From the sequence record SRR20825019_1884: 35,877 bases of DNA; one strand, given 5' to 3'. Of the stretch, positions 1 to 10,036 are shown one piece after another. Made by a program: the position numbers and the translations under genes. Below the pieces are notes generated by a model that was not told where the DNA came from, did no database searches, and was given only the letters and a program-made list of their open reading frames with translations. Positions within the stretch are counted from its first letter, which is position 1; each line of letters opens with the position of its first letter.

Positions 1-467
1 TCTAAAAAATTGTTTATTAACTTTCTAGATAATGCCTCTCATTTTGCAACTACTGTCCAACATGTGTCTGAACTTTTACAATATAATTACTAAAGTAGCA
101 ATTATCCTAAAATTTGTACCAAAAAAATTACGGGAGACCTATGTCTAGTATGCACTAAGTTCATTCTATACTTCTAAGTGTTAAATATCGATTAAACCAT
201 ACTCCTTCTTCTCATATTTATCTAATCTACAGTCCCAAATAAAGTATTTATCATGTTCTTTCATGTTTCTGTAGACATTCTTATTCTTGCTTTTGTAGCT
301 TTTTCTAATGATGCTATATATTTAAGCTTCTTTGTTGCACCTTATGCGCAAGACTCCCATTAGTGTTAACTAGAGTCTCTAAAAAGTTGAGGATTTATAT
401 AAAAAGATAATAGGTTAGGTTACTATAATTGATTAAATTTGATTATAAAAAAGAATAATAATTATTA

Positions 468-1235
468 CTAATATTTAAAAAAAGCCCTTAATATAAAGAT
501 TCTAATTGATTGAGGTATAATGCTTATAAATTTTAGAAATAAGTAAAAGAAATAAGGAAAAGCTATAATTTCTTTACCTTTTTTGATTCCATTAATTATT
601 TTTTGTGCAGCTATTTCACTTGAAACCATAAATGGCATATTAAAATTATTCTTATCTGTCATGGGAGTTTTTACAAATCCTGGTAAGATAGTATGAACTT
701 TAATATTATGATTTTTTAGAGTTAACCTTAAATATTCCGCATAAAATATTAAAGCAGCTTTACTTACTGAATATGGATATGAATTTGGTAGAGGAAGTAA
801 TCCTGCTATTGAGGATATAATTGCAATACTTGCAGAACTTTTAGACTTCATGCTTGGAAGTATTTCATTTATTAGGTTTATTACACTTAAATAATTAATT
901 TTTAATAATTCATTATGTATTGATAAATTCTGATCAAGCCCAATACTTGCCTGAGTTGCACCTGCTGAACATATAACAGATGATATAACATAATTATCTG
1001 AGATATTTTTAATATTTTTTTTTAGTTTAATTTCATCATTTAAATCAAAAGTACAAAATTCTACTGAAGAATGATATTTTAGGCATGTATTTAATACTAA
1101 TTTCAGTCTTTTATTAGATCTTCCAAGAAGTATTAGAATATACTCACTATTTAATATTTTAGCATAATTAATAGCTAAAGATTCACCTATACCACTTGAA
1201 GCTCCTGTAATTACTATTGCTTTTTGTTTATACAT
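468..1235 (-). CDS. Short-chain dehydrogenase/reductase (SDR) family oxidoreductase
   Basis: N-terminal TGASSGIG Rossmann motif, catalytic YSVSK (YxxxK), PGFVKTPMT motif. Confidence 0.92.
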   Translation of the reverse strand: MYKQKAIVITGASSGIGESLAINYAKILNSEYILILLGRSNKRLKLVLNTCLKYHSSVEFCTFDLNDEIKLKKNIKNISDNYVISSVICSAGATQASIGLDQNLSIHNELLKINYLSVINLINEILPSMKSKSSASIAIISSIAGLLPLPNSYPYSVSKAALIFYAEYLRLTLKNHNIKVHTILPGFVKTPMTDKNNFNMPFMVSSEIAAQKIINGIKKGKEIIAFPYFFYLFLKFISIIPQSIRIFILRAFFKY

Positions 1236-1269
1236 TGTTAGACTTTATATGAATAATTTTTAATAAAAT

Positions 1270-1899
1270 ATGCAAAATATACTTCGCAGTAAAGGTTTAG
1301 CTGTAATAATATCTGCTCCATCAGGTTGCGGCAAATCTACAATTGTAAAAATCCTACAAAATAAAATTAAAAATAGCCATATTTCTATTTCGTATACAAC
1401 GAGAAGTAAACGCCCTAAAGAAGTAAATGGCAAAGATTACCATTTTATATCAAAGGAAGAATTTAAGGATAAAATTAATAAAAATGAATTTTTAGAATAT
1501 GCAGAAGTGTTTAATAATTATTATGGTACAAGAATTAATGAAGTTAATAAATTAATAAATGATGGAAAAGTTATTTTTTTTGATATTGATTGGCAAGGAG
1601 CTATTTCAATAAAATCAAAATTAAATTTGCAAGTAATTACTATTTATCTTATTCCTCCATCTGTCAATATCTTAAAGAAAAGGCTAATTAAAAGAAATCA
1701 AGATGATCTTAATATAATAGAATATAGAATGAATGAGCTAAAAAATGATTTAAAACAAATTAGTAATTTTAAATACGCAGTAATAAATAATAACCTTGAT
1801 GATACTGTAAATGAAATATTATCAATTATTAAAGCTGAATTATATAAAGTAAAATATGAAGATAATTTAGATCAATTCATAACAAAACTTGAAAACTAA
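1270..1899 (+). CDS. gmk: Guanylate kinase
   Basis: P-loop SAPSGCGKST; SISYTTR..RPKEVNGKDYHF; EYAEVFNNYYGT; DIDWQGA. Confidence 0.97.
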   Translation: MQNILRSKGLAVIISAPSGCGKSTIVKILQNKIKNSHISISYTTRSKRPKEVNGKDYHFISKEEFKDKINKNEFLEYAEVFNNYYGTRINEVNKLINDGKVIFFDIDWQGAISIKSKLNLQVITIYLIPPSVNILKKRLIKRNQDDLNIIEYRMNELKNDLKQISNFKYAVINNNLDDTVNEILSIIKAELYKVKYEDNLDQFITKLEN

Positions 1900-1964
1900 T
1901 ATATAGTAATTAAAAATTATTTAGATTTTAAGTCATTATATATTGATAGTTTTAGTAAGAAATT

Positions 1965-3308
1965 TTAACAGGATTTTTCTAATCTATATTTTACTTGTTT
2001 TATGCCAAGATATTTTATTATATTAAGTAATTCTGGGCCATCATTTACACCAGTTAGAGCAAGTCTTATAGGCATAAATAATTCTTTACCCTTTTTGTTT
2101 GATAAATTCTTTATTTCTTTTATCCAACTAGAAAAATTTTCATCAGTTATTTGTTCTGGTATTTTTAATAATGCTATTTTTATAACATCATTGCCATTTG
2201 AAATTTTTTTTGGAGTAAAATTATGTAATATTTGATTCCATTTTTTAGAATCAAATAAAGTTTCTATATTACCATGTATTAGTGACCAAAATTCTTCTTT
2301 ATTATTATCTGGTACAAATTTATCTAATTTATTTTTTATCTCTGAATATTTAATTTCTGAAAGATATTTTTGATTAATATTTAGTAAATCTTGAAATTGA
2401 TAAATGGCTGAATTTTTAGTAAAATTTTCTATTTCAAAATCATCAATTATATCTTTAATTAAAAAGCTATTATCATTATTTGAACTACTTGATTTTCCTA
2501 AATTAGATAGCAAGTATAGAATTGAATTTGGCTCAATATAATGATTATTTCTTAGTTCTTCAATTTCAAATCCTCCTATTCTTTTTGAAATTTTTCCTTC
2601 TTTTGAAACTATTAAACTAATATGTCCCATTTTAGGAAGATTATAATTTAATGCCTTAAATATTTGATATTGAATAGCTGAATTACTAACATGATCTTCT
2701 CCTCTTATTATTGATGTTATATTATGCTCAATATCATCAATTACTGAAGATAATAAATAAGTAATAGATCCATCTTCTCTAATTATTACAGGATCACTTA
2801 AATATTCTGGATTAAATTTTACTTCATTTTTTACCAAATCATTCCATATTATCTCTTCATTATTAATTAAAAATCTATAATGAGGTTTTCTGCCTTCTTT
2901 TAGATATATAGATTTTTGCTTTGATGACAGATTTAGTCCTTCTCTGTTATATATAGGAGGGAGTCCTTGTTTAAGCCTAGAATGTCTGTAGGATTCTAAT
3001 TCTTGAGCTGTTTCATAGCATTCATATATTCTATTATTTTTAAGTAACTTATTTATATAATCTTCATAATTTTGAGTTCTACTTGATTGCCTAAATTCAT
3101 AATCCCAATTAATACCAAGCCATGTTAAATCATTTTTGATACTATTTATATAATGATCTTTTGATCTTAATATATCTGTATCATCAATTCTTAGAATAAA
3201 TTTACCATTATGTTTTTTTGAATAAAGCCAATTAGCTATTGCAATTCTTGCATTACCTATATGAAGCAATCCAGTTGGAGAGGGTGCAAATCTTGTAATT
3301 ATTTTCAT
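1965..3308 (-). CDS. gltX: Glutamate--tRNA ligase (short alphaproteobacterial paralog type)
   Basis: TRFAPSPTGLLHIGN (HIGH-like), LRIDDTD, IIRGEDHVSN, KISKR (KMSKS-like), C-terminal PIRLALTG..GPEL. Confidence 0.96.
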   Translation of the reverse strand: MKIITRFAPSPTGLLHIGNARIAIANWLYSKKHNGKFILRIDDTDILRSKDHYINSIKNDLTWLGINWDYEFRQSSRTQNYEDYINKLLKNNRIYECYETAQELESYRHSRLKQGLPPIYNREGLNLSSKQKSIYLKEGRKPHYRFLINNEEIIWNDLVKNEVKFNPEYLSDPVIIREDGSITYLLSSVIDDIEHNITSIIRGEDHVSNSAIQYQIFKALNYNLPKMGHISLIVSKEGKISKRIGGFEIEELRNNHYIEPNSILYLLSNLGKSSSSNNDNSFLIKDIIDDFEIENFTKNSAIYQFQDLLNINQKYLSEIKYSEIKNKLDKFVPDNNKEEFWSLIHGNIETLFDSKKWNQILHNFTPKKISNGNDVIKIALLKIPEQITDENFSSWIKEIKNLSNKKGKELFMPIRLALTGVNDGPELLNIIKYLGIKQVKYRLEKSC

Positions 3309-4360
3309 ATATTAAGCTTTGAATTAATTTTTAATTTCATATTTAATAACATAGATAATAAAAATATGGCACCAAATTGATGCATGATAGCGTAAGGCAT
3401 ATACACCATACTTAAAATGGTTATTATCCCTAAAAACATTTGAATTACTAGTGCAAATAATAAGTATAATGCAGCTTTTTTAATATCTTTATATTTAGTA
3501 AAAAGTCCTATAAAACTTATAAATGTAATTATAGAGGAGAGCATATATGCAAATAATCTGTGAATAAACTGTACAAATACTGGATTATAAAATGAGCTAA
3601 AATTTATTTTCATTTTTACTATTTCTGTAGGTATAAATCTTCCAGACATTCTTGGAAATGTATTATGAATTAAACCAGCATCTAAACCTGCAACTAGCCC
3701 CCCAAGAAATATTTGTAAAAATAAAATAAATATACAGATATTAACAGATAAAGATAATAACATCATATTTTTGCTATGAAAAAAATTTATAATCTTATTA
3801 TTTAAATTATTATTACTATTAACTATTAAGTTAATATTATTATTCTTATTATTATTTTTTATATATACATATAAAATTGAATAAATAATAAATGCGCATG
3901 TTAGATGAATAGCTAATTTAAAATGATCAACAAACGGATCTTTATCAAGTCCACTTTTTACCATGATCCATCCTATAAAGCCTTGCAAGCAAATAAGAAA
4001 TGATATCATTATGCCAAAATATATTTCTTTTTTAGATAATTTCTTAAGTATAGATAAAATTATAAAGGGTAATATAAATGATATACCAACAAGCCTTCCT
4101 AAAATCCTATGGAAATATTCAATATAATAAATAATTTTAAATTCTTCTAAATTAATATCAAAATTAATTTCATTATATTCAGGAGAATTTTTATATTTAT
4201 CAAATTCAATTGCCCACTTATTTGAACTTAAAGGTGGTATTATTCCAACTATTGGCTTCCATTCAACAATAGAAAGACCAGCATGCTTAAGTCTTGTATA
4301 CCCTCCAACTAATATTGTTGCAACCACTAGTAAAGCTGTAACAATGGAATATTTTTGCAT
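3305..4360 (-). CDS. ctaA: Heme A synthase (COX15/CtaA, type 2)
   Basis: GGYTRL..AGLSIVEW, EYFHRILGR, QGFIGWIMVKSGL, GGLVAGLDAG, QFIHR; multiple TM helices; 4-bp overlap with the gltX start. Confidence 0.95.
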   Translation of the reverse strand: MQKYSIVTALLVVATILVGGYTRLKHAGLSIVEWKPIVGIIPPLSSNKWAIEFDKYKNSPEYNEINFDINLEEFKIIYYIEYFHRILGRLVGISFILPFIILSILKKLSKKEIYFGIMISFLICLQGFIGWIMVKSGLDKDPFVDHFKLAIHLTCAFIIYSILYVYIKNNNKNNNINLIVNSNNNLNNKIINFFHSKNMMLLSLSVNICIFILFLQIFLGGLVAGLDAGLIHNTFPRMSGRFIPTEIVKMKINFSSFYNPVFVQFIHRLFAYMLSSIITFISFIGLFTKYKDIKKAALYLLFALVIQMFLGIITILSMVYMPYAIMHQFGAIFLLSMLLNMKLKINSKLNI

Positions 4361-4363
4361 ATT

Positions 4364-5353
4364 TTAATATTCTCTATTTAGTAAATTTATAGATATTTGT
4401 TCTAAATAATTTTTATTTATTTTATTTAAAGAATCAATCTTATTAAGATAGCTTAAAGCAGTCTGAAGTTTTTCACCTAGCAGTTCTTTATAACAATCTG
4501 TAATTTTATATTTTTTAAATATTGATAATATTGAATTAAAATCTCTACCAATTTTATGGGGTTCTGTGATGAGTTTTGTTAAAATAGCTTGATCAATATC
4601 ACTGGACTTTTTAAATGCTAGTATAAATGGCATAGTAATTTTTGATTCAAAGAAATCCTTTCCCAAATCTTTGCCAAGCTTATCTTCACTACCAAAATAA
4701 TCTAAAAAATCATCAACAAGTTGATATATTATTCCTATCTCTAAACCAAAATTTTCCATATTACTAATAACATGTTTTGGTTGGTTCATAATGATTGCAT
4801 TAACTTTACATATTGCTTTAAATAATTCAGCTGTTTTTGCTTTTATAATTTTATAATAATTATCTTCATTTAACAAAACTTTTAAGCTATGAAATTTATG
4901 CTGAGATATTTCTCCAGACGCAATAATAGAAGAAGTTTTTGCAAGGCACGACAATGCTTCTAAAGAGTCTGTTTTTACCATATATTCAAATGCCTTACTA
5001 AAAAGTAAGTCTCCCATTAAAATACTATTATTACTACCAAAGATTTTGTGTAGGGTAGCTTTACCTCTTCTAATATTTCCTGAGTCTATTACATCATCAT
5101 GAAGAAGTGTAGCTGTATGTATAAGTTCAGAGGCTGCTGCAAGATATATTGCTGGTTTATTGATATCTCCAAATAAAGAACATGATAATAATGAAATTAT
5201 AGGTCTTATTCTTTTGCTTTTTGAACTAAATATATCATTAGACATTTTAGTTATAAGCGTTTCATTTGAATCACTTATTTCGTGATAAAGAGAGTTTATT
5301 TCTTCAAGATAATTCCCTAGATGAGATTTGATATCATTAATTAATGAATGCAT
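4364..5353 (-). CDS. ispB: Polyprenyl (octa/decaprenyl) diphosphate synthase
   Basis: KRIRP, first Asp-rich motif ELIHTATLLHDDVID..RRG, KTAELF, second motif QLVDDFLD, GKD..E.K.T.P. Confidence 0.93.
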   Translation of the reverse strand: MHSLINDIKSHLGNYLEEINSLYHEISDSNETLITKMSNDIFSSKSKRIRPIISLLSCSLFGDINKPAIYLAAASELIHTATLLHDDVIDSGNIRRGKATLHKIFGSNNSILMGDLLFSKAFEYMVKTDSLEALSCLAKTSSIIASGEISQHKFHSLKVLLNEDNYYKIIKAKTAELFKAICKVNAIIMNQPKHVISNMENFGLEIGIIYQLVDDFLDYFGSEDKLGKDLGKDFFESKITMPFILAFKKSSDIDQAILTKLITEPHKIGRDFNSILSIFKKYKITDCYKELLGEKLQTALSYLNKIDSLNKINKNYLEQISINLLNREY

Positions 5354-5469
5354 TATTGAAAAAAAATTGTTAAGACTTTTTATAGTCTATTTTGTATCAA
5401 AAGTCTACTAGCATAGAGTTTAATAAGATTGTCTTTCAAATAAAAGATTTTATATTTGATTTAGAAAAT

Positions 5470-7155
5470 TTAATTTAACTCGTCATTTAATAAATCTAAT
5501 AATTTATTTGAGAGTTTTTCTTTTATTCTGAATTTTTTATCAATAATTTTAAAGTTTTGTATTTGAAGTACTTCCTTTTTTATGGTTTCTAAAAGAAGAT
5601 CATTTAAATTGTTATAAGAGTATTTGCCAATATAGAAATTTTTAAGATTCTTAGTAATATTAAATTCTATATCAAGGTCACTAGATTTGGAATATGGGTA
5701 ATTAGAGATATTTTTTAGAAATTTTTGAGAAATATTTTTAGCTATATTCTTGACTTTTTTGTTAAAATTATTTGAATTTAAATCTGTATCAATCATTTGT
5801 AACAAATTATTTCTATATAAATTATAAATATAATTGTTTTCAAGCCAGTAATCAATAAAATGCTCATATTCTTTTAATAATAAGTTTCCTTTTATATAGG
5901 GCTCTTTATTTTCTGGTAAAATACAATCAAAGTTTGTGTGCATGGATGAATTTTCAGAAATAATATCAAGCTTTTTAACAAATACTGATGCATTGGTTTT
6001 ACATGCATTAATTAAAAAATTAAGATCAATATCTAATATTCTTGATGGTTTAATATATTTTAAAGAGTCTATAAATTTTAAAATATTTTTTATTTCTTTC
6101 TTAGTATAACTATTATGATTACGTGACTTATCTTCATAATCATTTATATTAATATATCCAGAAATAAATTCAGAAAAATTCTTTAAGGAGTCTTTGCCTA
6201 AATTCAATTTTAAGTTTACATCTCCTGTTATTTCTGATTGAACAAGATTTTTACCATTATCAGATATTAATTTTTGATTCTTAACTAATAAATTATTATA
6301 TAATCTTACTTTATTTTCATTACCTTTAGACTCTAAATTGCCTTTAATATCAATTATATAATTATTTAGATATGACTGTATATTTCTATTTATTTCTTTA
6401 GAGTATATTTTAAATTCATAAGATATCTTACCCTGATACGGGGGTAACAGACCAAATGCAATACTTGGTGGTGCAATTAATCTATGTTGCTTTACATATT
6501 TAATATCTGTATTTAAATTGATGTTAATTAAACTTGGAAGATTTTTTAAAAATTCATCAATGCTGTGATAGTAAATATCTTTTGTTGGTTTTAACTCAAT
6601 ATCAAATGAATTTTGATCATAAACCAAATCATTGCCTATAAGATCAAATGCCTGTTTTTTACCAGAACTTATTTTTATATTTTTGATATAATTTATTAAT
6701 TCATCTACATTTTTTTTAAGAATAAGTCTTTTAAATAGATAAAAAGATGGAGAAAGATTGATTAAATATGAAGTTTTGCCGAGGATTTTATTACCAAATC
6801 CTCTTGAGGTTGGTATGGATTTTACAAGAGAAGATCCATTTTGTAATATCTCAATTTCATTTGAAAAGGGCCTAAAAGAAATTATGATAGGATCTTCATG
6901 ATGAATTAAAAGAGTTTCAAAATTTTCTATAAAATCGAATAATTTTATCTCAAATTTAAATGGAAACCCAGATATTTTGAAATTTGAATATGAAATACTA
7001 GGAATATTTTTGTTGTTTAAAGTTACTTTTTTAATATCTATTTGTTTTGATTTGTAACTGTTTAGTATCTGAAAAGCTTTGGATCTTGCATTAAGCCAAA
7101 TTGAAGACCATAAAGCAATTATTATCAATGGAGTAAATATTAGTAATTTTCTCAT
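5470..7155 (-). CDS. Hypothetical membrane-anchored exported protein (N terminus resembles DUF2125-type proteins)
   Basis: 561-aa ORF; single N-terminal hydrophobic helix (LLIFTPLIIIALWSSIW) followed by ISGFPFKF; lies between tlc and ispB, as I recall an unknown gene does in Rickettsia. Confidence 0.7.
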   Translation of the reverse strand: MRKLLIFTPLIIIALWSSIWLNARSKAFQILNSYKSKQIDIKKVTLNNKNIPSISYSNFKISGFPFKFEIKLFDFIENFETLLIHHEDPIIISFRPFSNEIEILQNGSSLVKSIPTSRGFGNKILGKTSYLINLSPSFYLFKRLILKKNVDELINYIKNIKISSGKKQAFDLIGNDLVYDQNSFDIELKPTKDIYYHSIDEFLKNLPSLININLNTDIKYVKQHRLIAPPSIAFGLLPPYQGKISYEFKIYSKEINRNIQSYLNNYIIDIKGNLESKGNENKVRLYNNLLVKNQKLISDNGKNLVQSEITGDVNLKLNLGKDSLKNFSEFISGYININDYEDKSRNHNSYTKKEIKNILKFIDSLKYIKPSRILDIDLNFLINACKTNASVFVKKLDIISENSSMHTNFDCILPENKEPYIKGNLLLKEYEHFIDYWLENNYIYNLYRNNLLQMIDTDLNSNNFNKKVKNIAKNISQKFLKNISNYPYSKSSDLDIEFNITKNLKNFYIGKYSYNNLNDLLLETIKKEVLQIQNFKIIDKKFRIKEKLSNKLLDLLNDELN

Positions 7156-7188
7156 AATATTCCTAATTATATTTTATTTACATTGTTT

Positions 7189-8691
7189 CTAATTTTTTTC
7201 ATTACTTAATAATTTTTCAAGTTTTGTTGATAAAATTCCAATATCCCATATCCATATGAGTATAACAATTACAAAAACTATCATTAATGCAATATGAATT
7301 GTATCAAAGCTTGAATGGGGTATTATACTAAAAGTCAGAACTTGAATAAAAGAGCCAAGTGACTTACCAAATTTTGCACCAATAACATCAGCAGCTGCCT
7401 TTCCTTTAGTACGTAATTCAACATCTAAAGGTATATAAGCTATCTCTTTTGTGGAATCAAATAGTGAATATTTTATGGATTTACTTGTTATATTCTGAAG
7501 CGCACCTATCATTACAGCTAAGTATAATAATTGATTACCCAAACTTGATGAATGTCCGTAATAGTCTGAAGAAATAATAAATGTAAAAAATAAAATACCA
7601 GTAATACCAATAATAATGGGAGCTGTCATAGCTGAAAACTTCCAGGATGTTCTTCTTATGAGATTACTAATAACTATAGTATTAAATAAACCAAATACTC
7701 CAAGCCAAATATTAAATTGTCCAGTAAAATTTAAATAGCTTTGAGTTGATGGATAAAGCTTATTTACTTTTGCTTTCCACGGGCCTTCTATAATATTTAA
7801 AACAAGTCCATAACACATAACAAGTAGAGCCATGCATCTTATATAGCTTGACTTAAAAACAAGTAGTAAACTATCTTTAAGAGATAATTTTGTTTTAGTA
7901 TTTACTTGTTGTTTATTTTGAAGTGATGTTATTGAAGTATTTTTCTGATCAAGAATATAAAGCATGTATATTGATAAAATTCCAAAAAATAATACTGATA
8001 GAACTGTAATTTGAAGTGATTGAGCTGAGCTATTATGTGATAATTGATTAAAATAACTAATTGAAAAATGCTCAGATGAGCTCGCAAGAAGTATGCTTCC
8101 AGCAAGTATTAGACCTATGTTACCTGCAAGATTTAAAATAGGATAGAATCTTTTAGCTTGCTCTTGGGCGAATATATTATTAGCAAATTGCCAAAACATT
8201 AAGTTAATTACTATTACCCCCCATAATTCAACAAATACATAAAATACAGCATAACTCCACTTGCTTAAGAGTAATATAAACCATTTTAAATGGGGATAAT
8301 TTATAAGTGCAGTTTTAATGAAATTTTCAGATGGATGAAATATATCTTGATTTGGATATATAACAAAAGAAAAAATGCAAAAAATGGTAATAAAAAAAGT
8401 AACTATTATAAAATACAATTTTTTTGGTTCTAAAATATTGCAAAGCTTAAAGTAAATGACAGTAAATAATAAAGCAAAAGGAAGCACAAGCCATAATTTA
8501 ATAAAACCTATTACTTCAGCACCTATTTCAGATACTACTAAGCTGTCTTTAATAGATCTTAAAGCACCAAAATTATATAATATGCATAATAGTATGATAG
8601 CAGAAGGAAAGAATAAATTATATTCTTCTTTTTTTATTGGCCAGGCTATATCTCTTAATTTTGAAATTATGCCTTTATGTAGTATTTCCAT
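7189..8691 (-). CDS. tlc3: NTT/Tlc family nucleotide translocase, most like rickettsial Tlc3
   Basis: LRSIKDSLVV..GAE.I.FIKLWLVLP, ELWG....LMFWQFAN, AKRFYP, KYSLFDSTKEIAYIPLD.ELRTKGKAAAD; ~12 TM helices. The paralog assignment rests on recalled similarity and synteny with ispB. Confidence 0.88.
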   Translation of the reverse strand: MEILHKGIISKLRDIAWPIKKEEYNLFFPSAIILLCILYNFGALRSIKDSLVVSEIGAEVIGFIKLWLVLPFALLFTVIYFKLCNILEPKKLYFIIVTFFITIFCIFSFVIYPNQDIFHPSENFIKTALINYPHLKWFILLLSKWSYAVFYVFVELWGVIVINLMFWQFANNIFAQEQAKRFYPILNLAGNIGLILAGSILLASSSEHFSISYFNQLSHNSSAQSLQITVLSVLFFGILSIYMLYILDQKNTSITSLQNKQQVNTKTKLSLKDSLLLVFKSSYIRCMALLVMCYGLVLNIIEGPWKAKVNKLYPSTQSYLNFTGQFNIWLGVFGLFNTIVISNLIRRTSWKFSAMTAPIIIGITGILFFTFIISSDYYGHSSSLGNQLLYLAVMIGALQNITSKSIKYSLFDSTKEIAYIPLDVELRTKGKAAADVIGAKFGKSLGSFIQVLTFSIIPHSSFDTIHIALMIVFVIVILIWIWDIGILSTKLEKLLSNEKN

Positions 8692-8845
8692 TTATTTGAT
8701 ATTTTAGGAGAATAAGAATTATAAGAAAAATCTCTATGATTTTCTAGTGTTAATTTAGAATATTAAAATATTATTTATAATATTTGCAAAAATATCACAT
8801 AACTATGTTTAAATATAGATAATTGAAATAACTAAATAATAGTTC

Positions 8846-8874
8846 TTGCAACTAATATTATAAATAAATAGGAT
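8846..8874 (+). promoter_or_regulatory. Possible sigma70 promoter for the 306-aa orphan
   Basis: TTGCAA-17 bp-TAGGAT ending 27 bp upstream of the ATG; AAGGT RBS-like sequence before the start. Confidence 0.4.
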
Positions 8875-8901
8875 TAACGAAAATTAATAAAAGGTATATA
8901 C

Positions 8902-9822
8902 ATGACAAATACTCAAACCAATAATTCTAAACTTAAAGGTAATAATGAAGTTATTAAACTTTCTCATATTATAAATAAAGATGCTGGTTACAGATCAGTA
9001 GCTGAATCTTTAAGAGCAGCTAAAATTAAAGACATAAATTTAACTAAGGATGAGTTAAAGTCTAAGCATCCAGAATTTAGTGACGACCTTCATCAGAAAG
9101 CTGAGTTGCTTGCAGATCTGATAAGAGCGCATAATGATGATGTAAAAAAAATAGCTGCCCAAAGACTAAAGTTAAATGAAAAAATAAGTGGTGGAAGTTT
9201 AACTAAGGATGAAAAAAGTGACTTAAAATATGACGCAAGAGTGGAAGTTATAGAAGAAGACTTACTTGAAAAAGGTGTTCTTGAAGGTAAAATAGATGTG
9301 GTAAATCGTAAGAATTTTGGAGAGAAAGTTAAATCAGGCTTGTCGAGTTGTTTTAAAGGAACAAAAGATGTACTAGCTTGTGTTTATTCAAATACCAAAC
9401 CTGCAGTTGATGAAGCTCTAAAACTTGCTTATGTTATTTTAAATAAAAGAATTCAAGAAGAAAGTGAGAAATTTTATGAAGATGCATGTAAAAAAATTGA
9501 TCAAAAAGTAAAAGATCCACAAGAAAGAAAGTTATTAAAGGATGCTTTGCATAAATCTATAGAGCAGGGTGGTAAGTTTTTAGATGATTATTTAAAAGCA
9601 GGATCTGAAAAAGTATCTGATGCATTAATTGAGCATCATAGATCTAAGCATGTCAAAGAGACTGCTAAAAACAGTAAATTCTCATGGTTTGGAGGTAAAT
9701 CTAAAAATGATGATATGGATTTTAAATATGCTACATCATATGATAATGATGATTCAGAAATACCTGACTTTATTAAGGATCATATTGAAAATAGCTATTT
9801 ATCAGTTATTGGTGAGGCTTAA
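8902..9822 (+). CDS. Hypothetical charged alpha-helical protein, candidate secreted effector
   Basis: 306-aa ORF with RBS; Lys/Glu/Asp-rich; no TM helix or signal peptide; acidic tail ending VIGEA. Confidence 0.8.
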   Translation: MTNTQTNNSKLKGNNEVIKLSHIINKDAGYRSVAESLRAAKIKDINLTKDELKSKHPEFSDDLHQKAELLADLIRAHNDDVKKIAAQRLKLNEKISGGSLTKDEKSDLKYDARVEVIEEDLLEKGVLEGKIDVVNRKNFGEKVKSGLSSCFKGTKDVLACVYSNTKPAVDEALKLAYVILNKRIQEESEKFYEDACKKIDQKVKDPQERKLLKDALHKSIEQGGKFLDDYLKAGSEKVSDALIEHHRSKHVKETAKNSKFSWFGGKSKNDDMDFKYATSYDNDDSEIPDFIKDHIENSYLSVIGEA

Positions 9823-9971
9823 TATTTATTTTTATTTATAGCAATATTATAAATTAAATATTTTATAAATTATGTATTTCTAAATATTGAAAACTATAAA
9901 TTTTAAAATACTAATTATAAGGCGTATATATTTTGATATATAAAAAAATTTGTTAATCTTGTTACTCATTT

Positions 9972-10007
9972 ATATTTAATTGGAGCCTTGATGCTCCAAT
10001 TAAATAT
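9972..10007. terminator. Hairpin between convergent genes, probable bidirectional terminator
   Basis: Perfect 15-bp inverted repeat ATATTTAATTGGAGC-cttgat-GCTCCAATTAAATAT between the orphan and znuB. Confidence 0.75.
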
Positions 10008-10036
10008 CCTGTTTTATTTAGAAAAGATTTGAGAAA

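Noticed and set aside
1-400. Possible gene end (plus frame open for 30 codons to 93) and short minus-strand fragments that might be IS or pseudogene debris
   Set aside because: No recognisable motif or terminal repeat; the fragments are too short to call.
3790-3862. Asn-rich stretch in CtaA (KNNNKNNNINLIVNSNNNLNNK)
   Set aside because: Low-complexity AAT expansion in a variable loop; no palindromic structure, so not a Rickettsia palindromic element.
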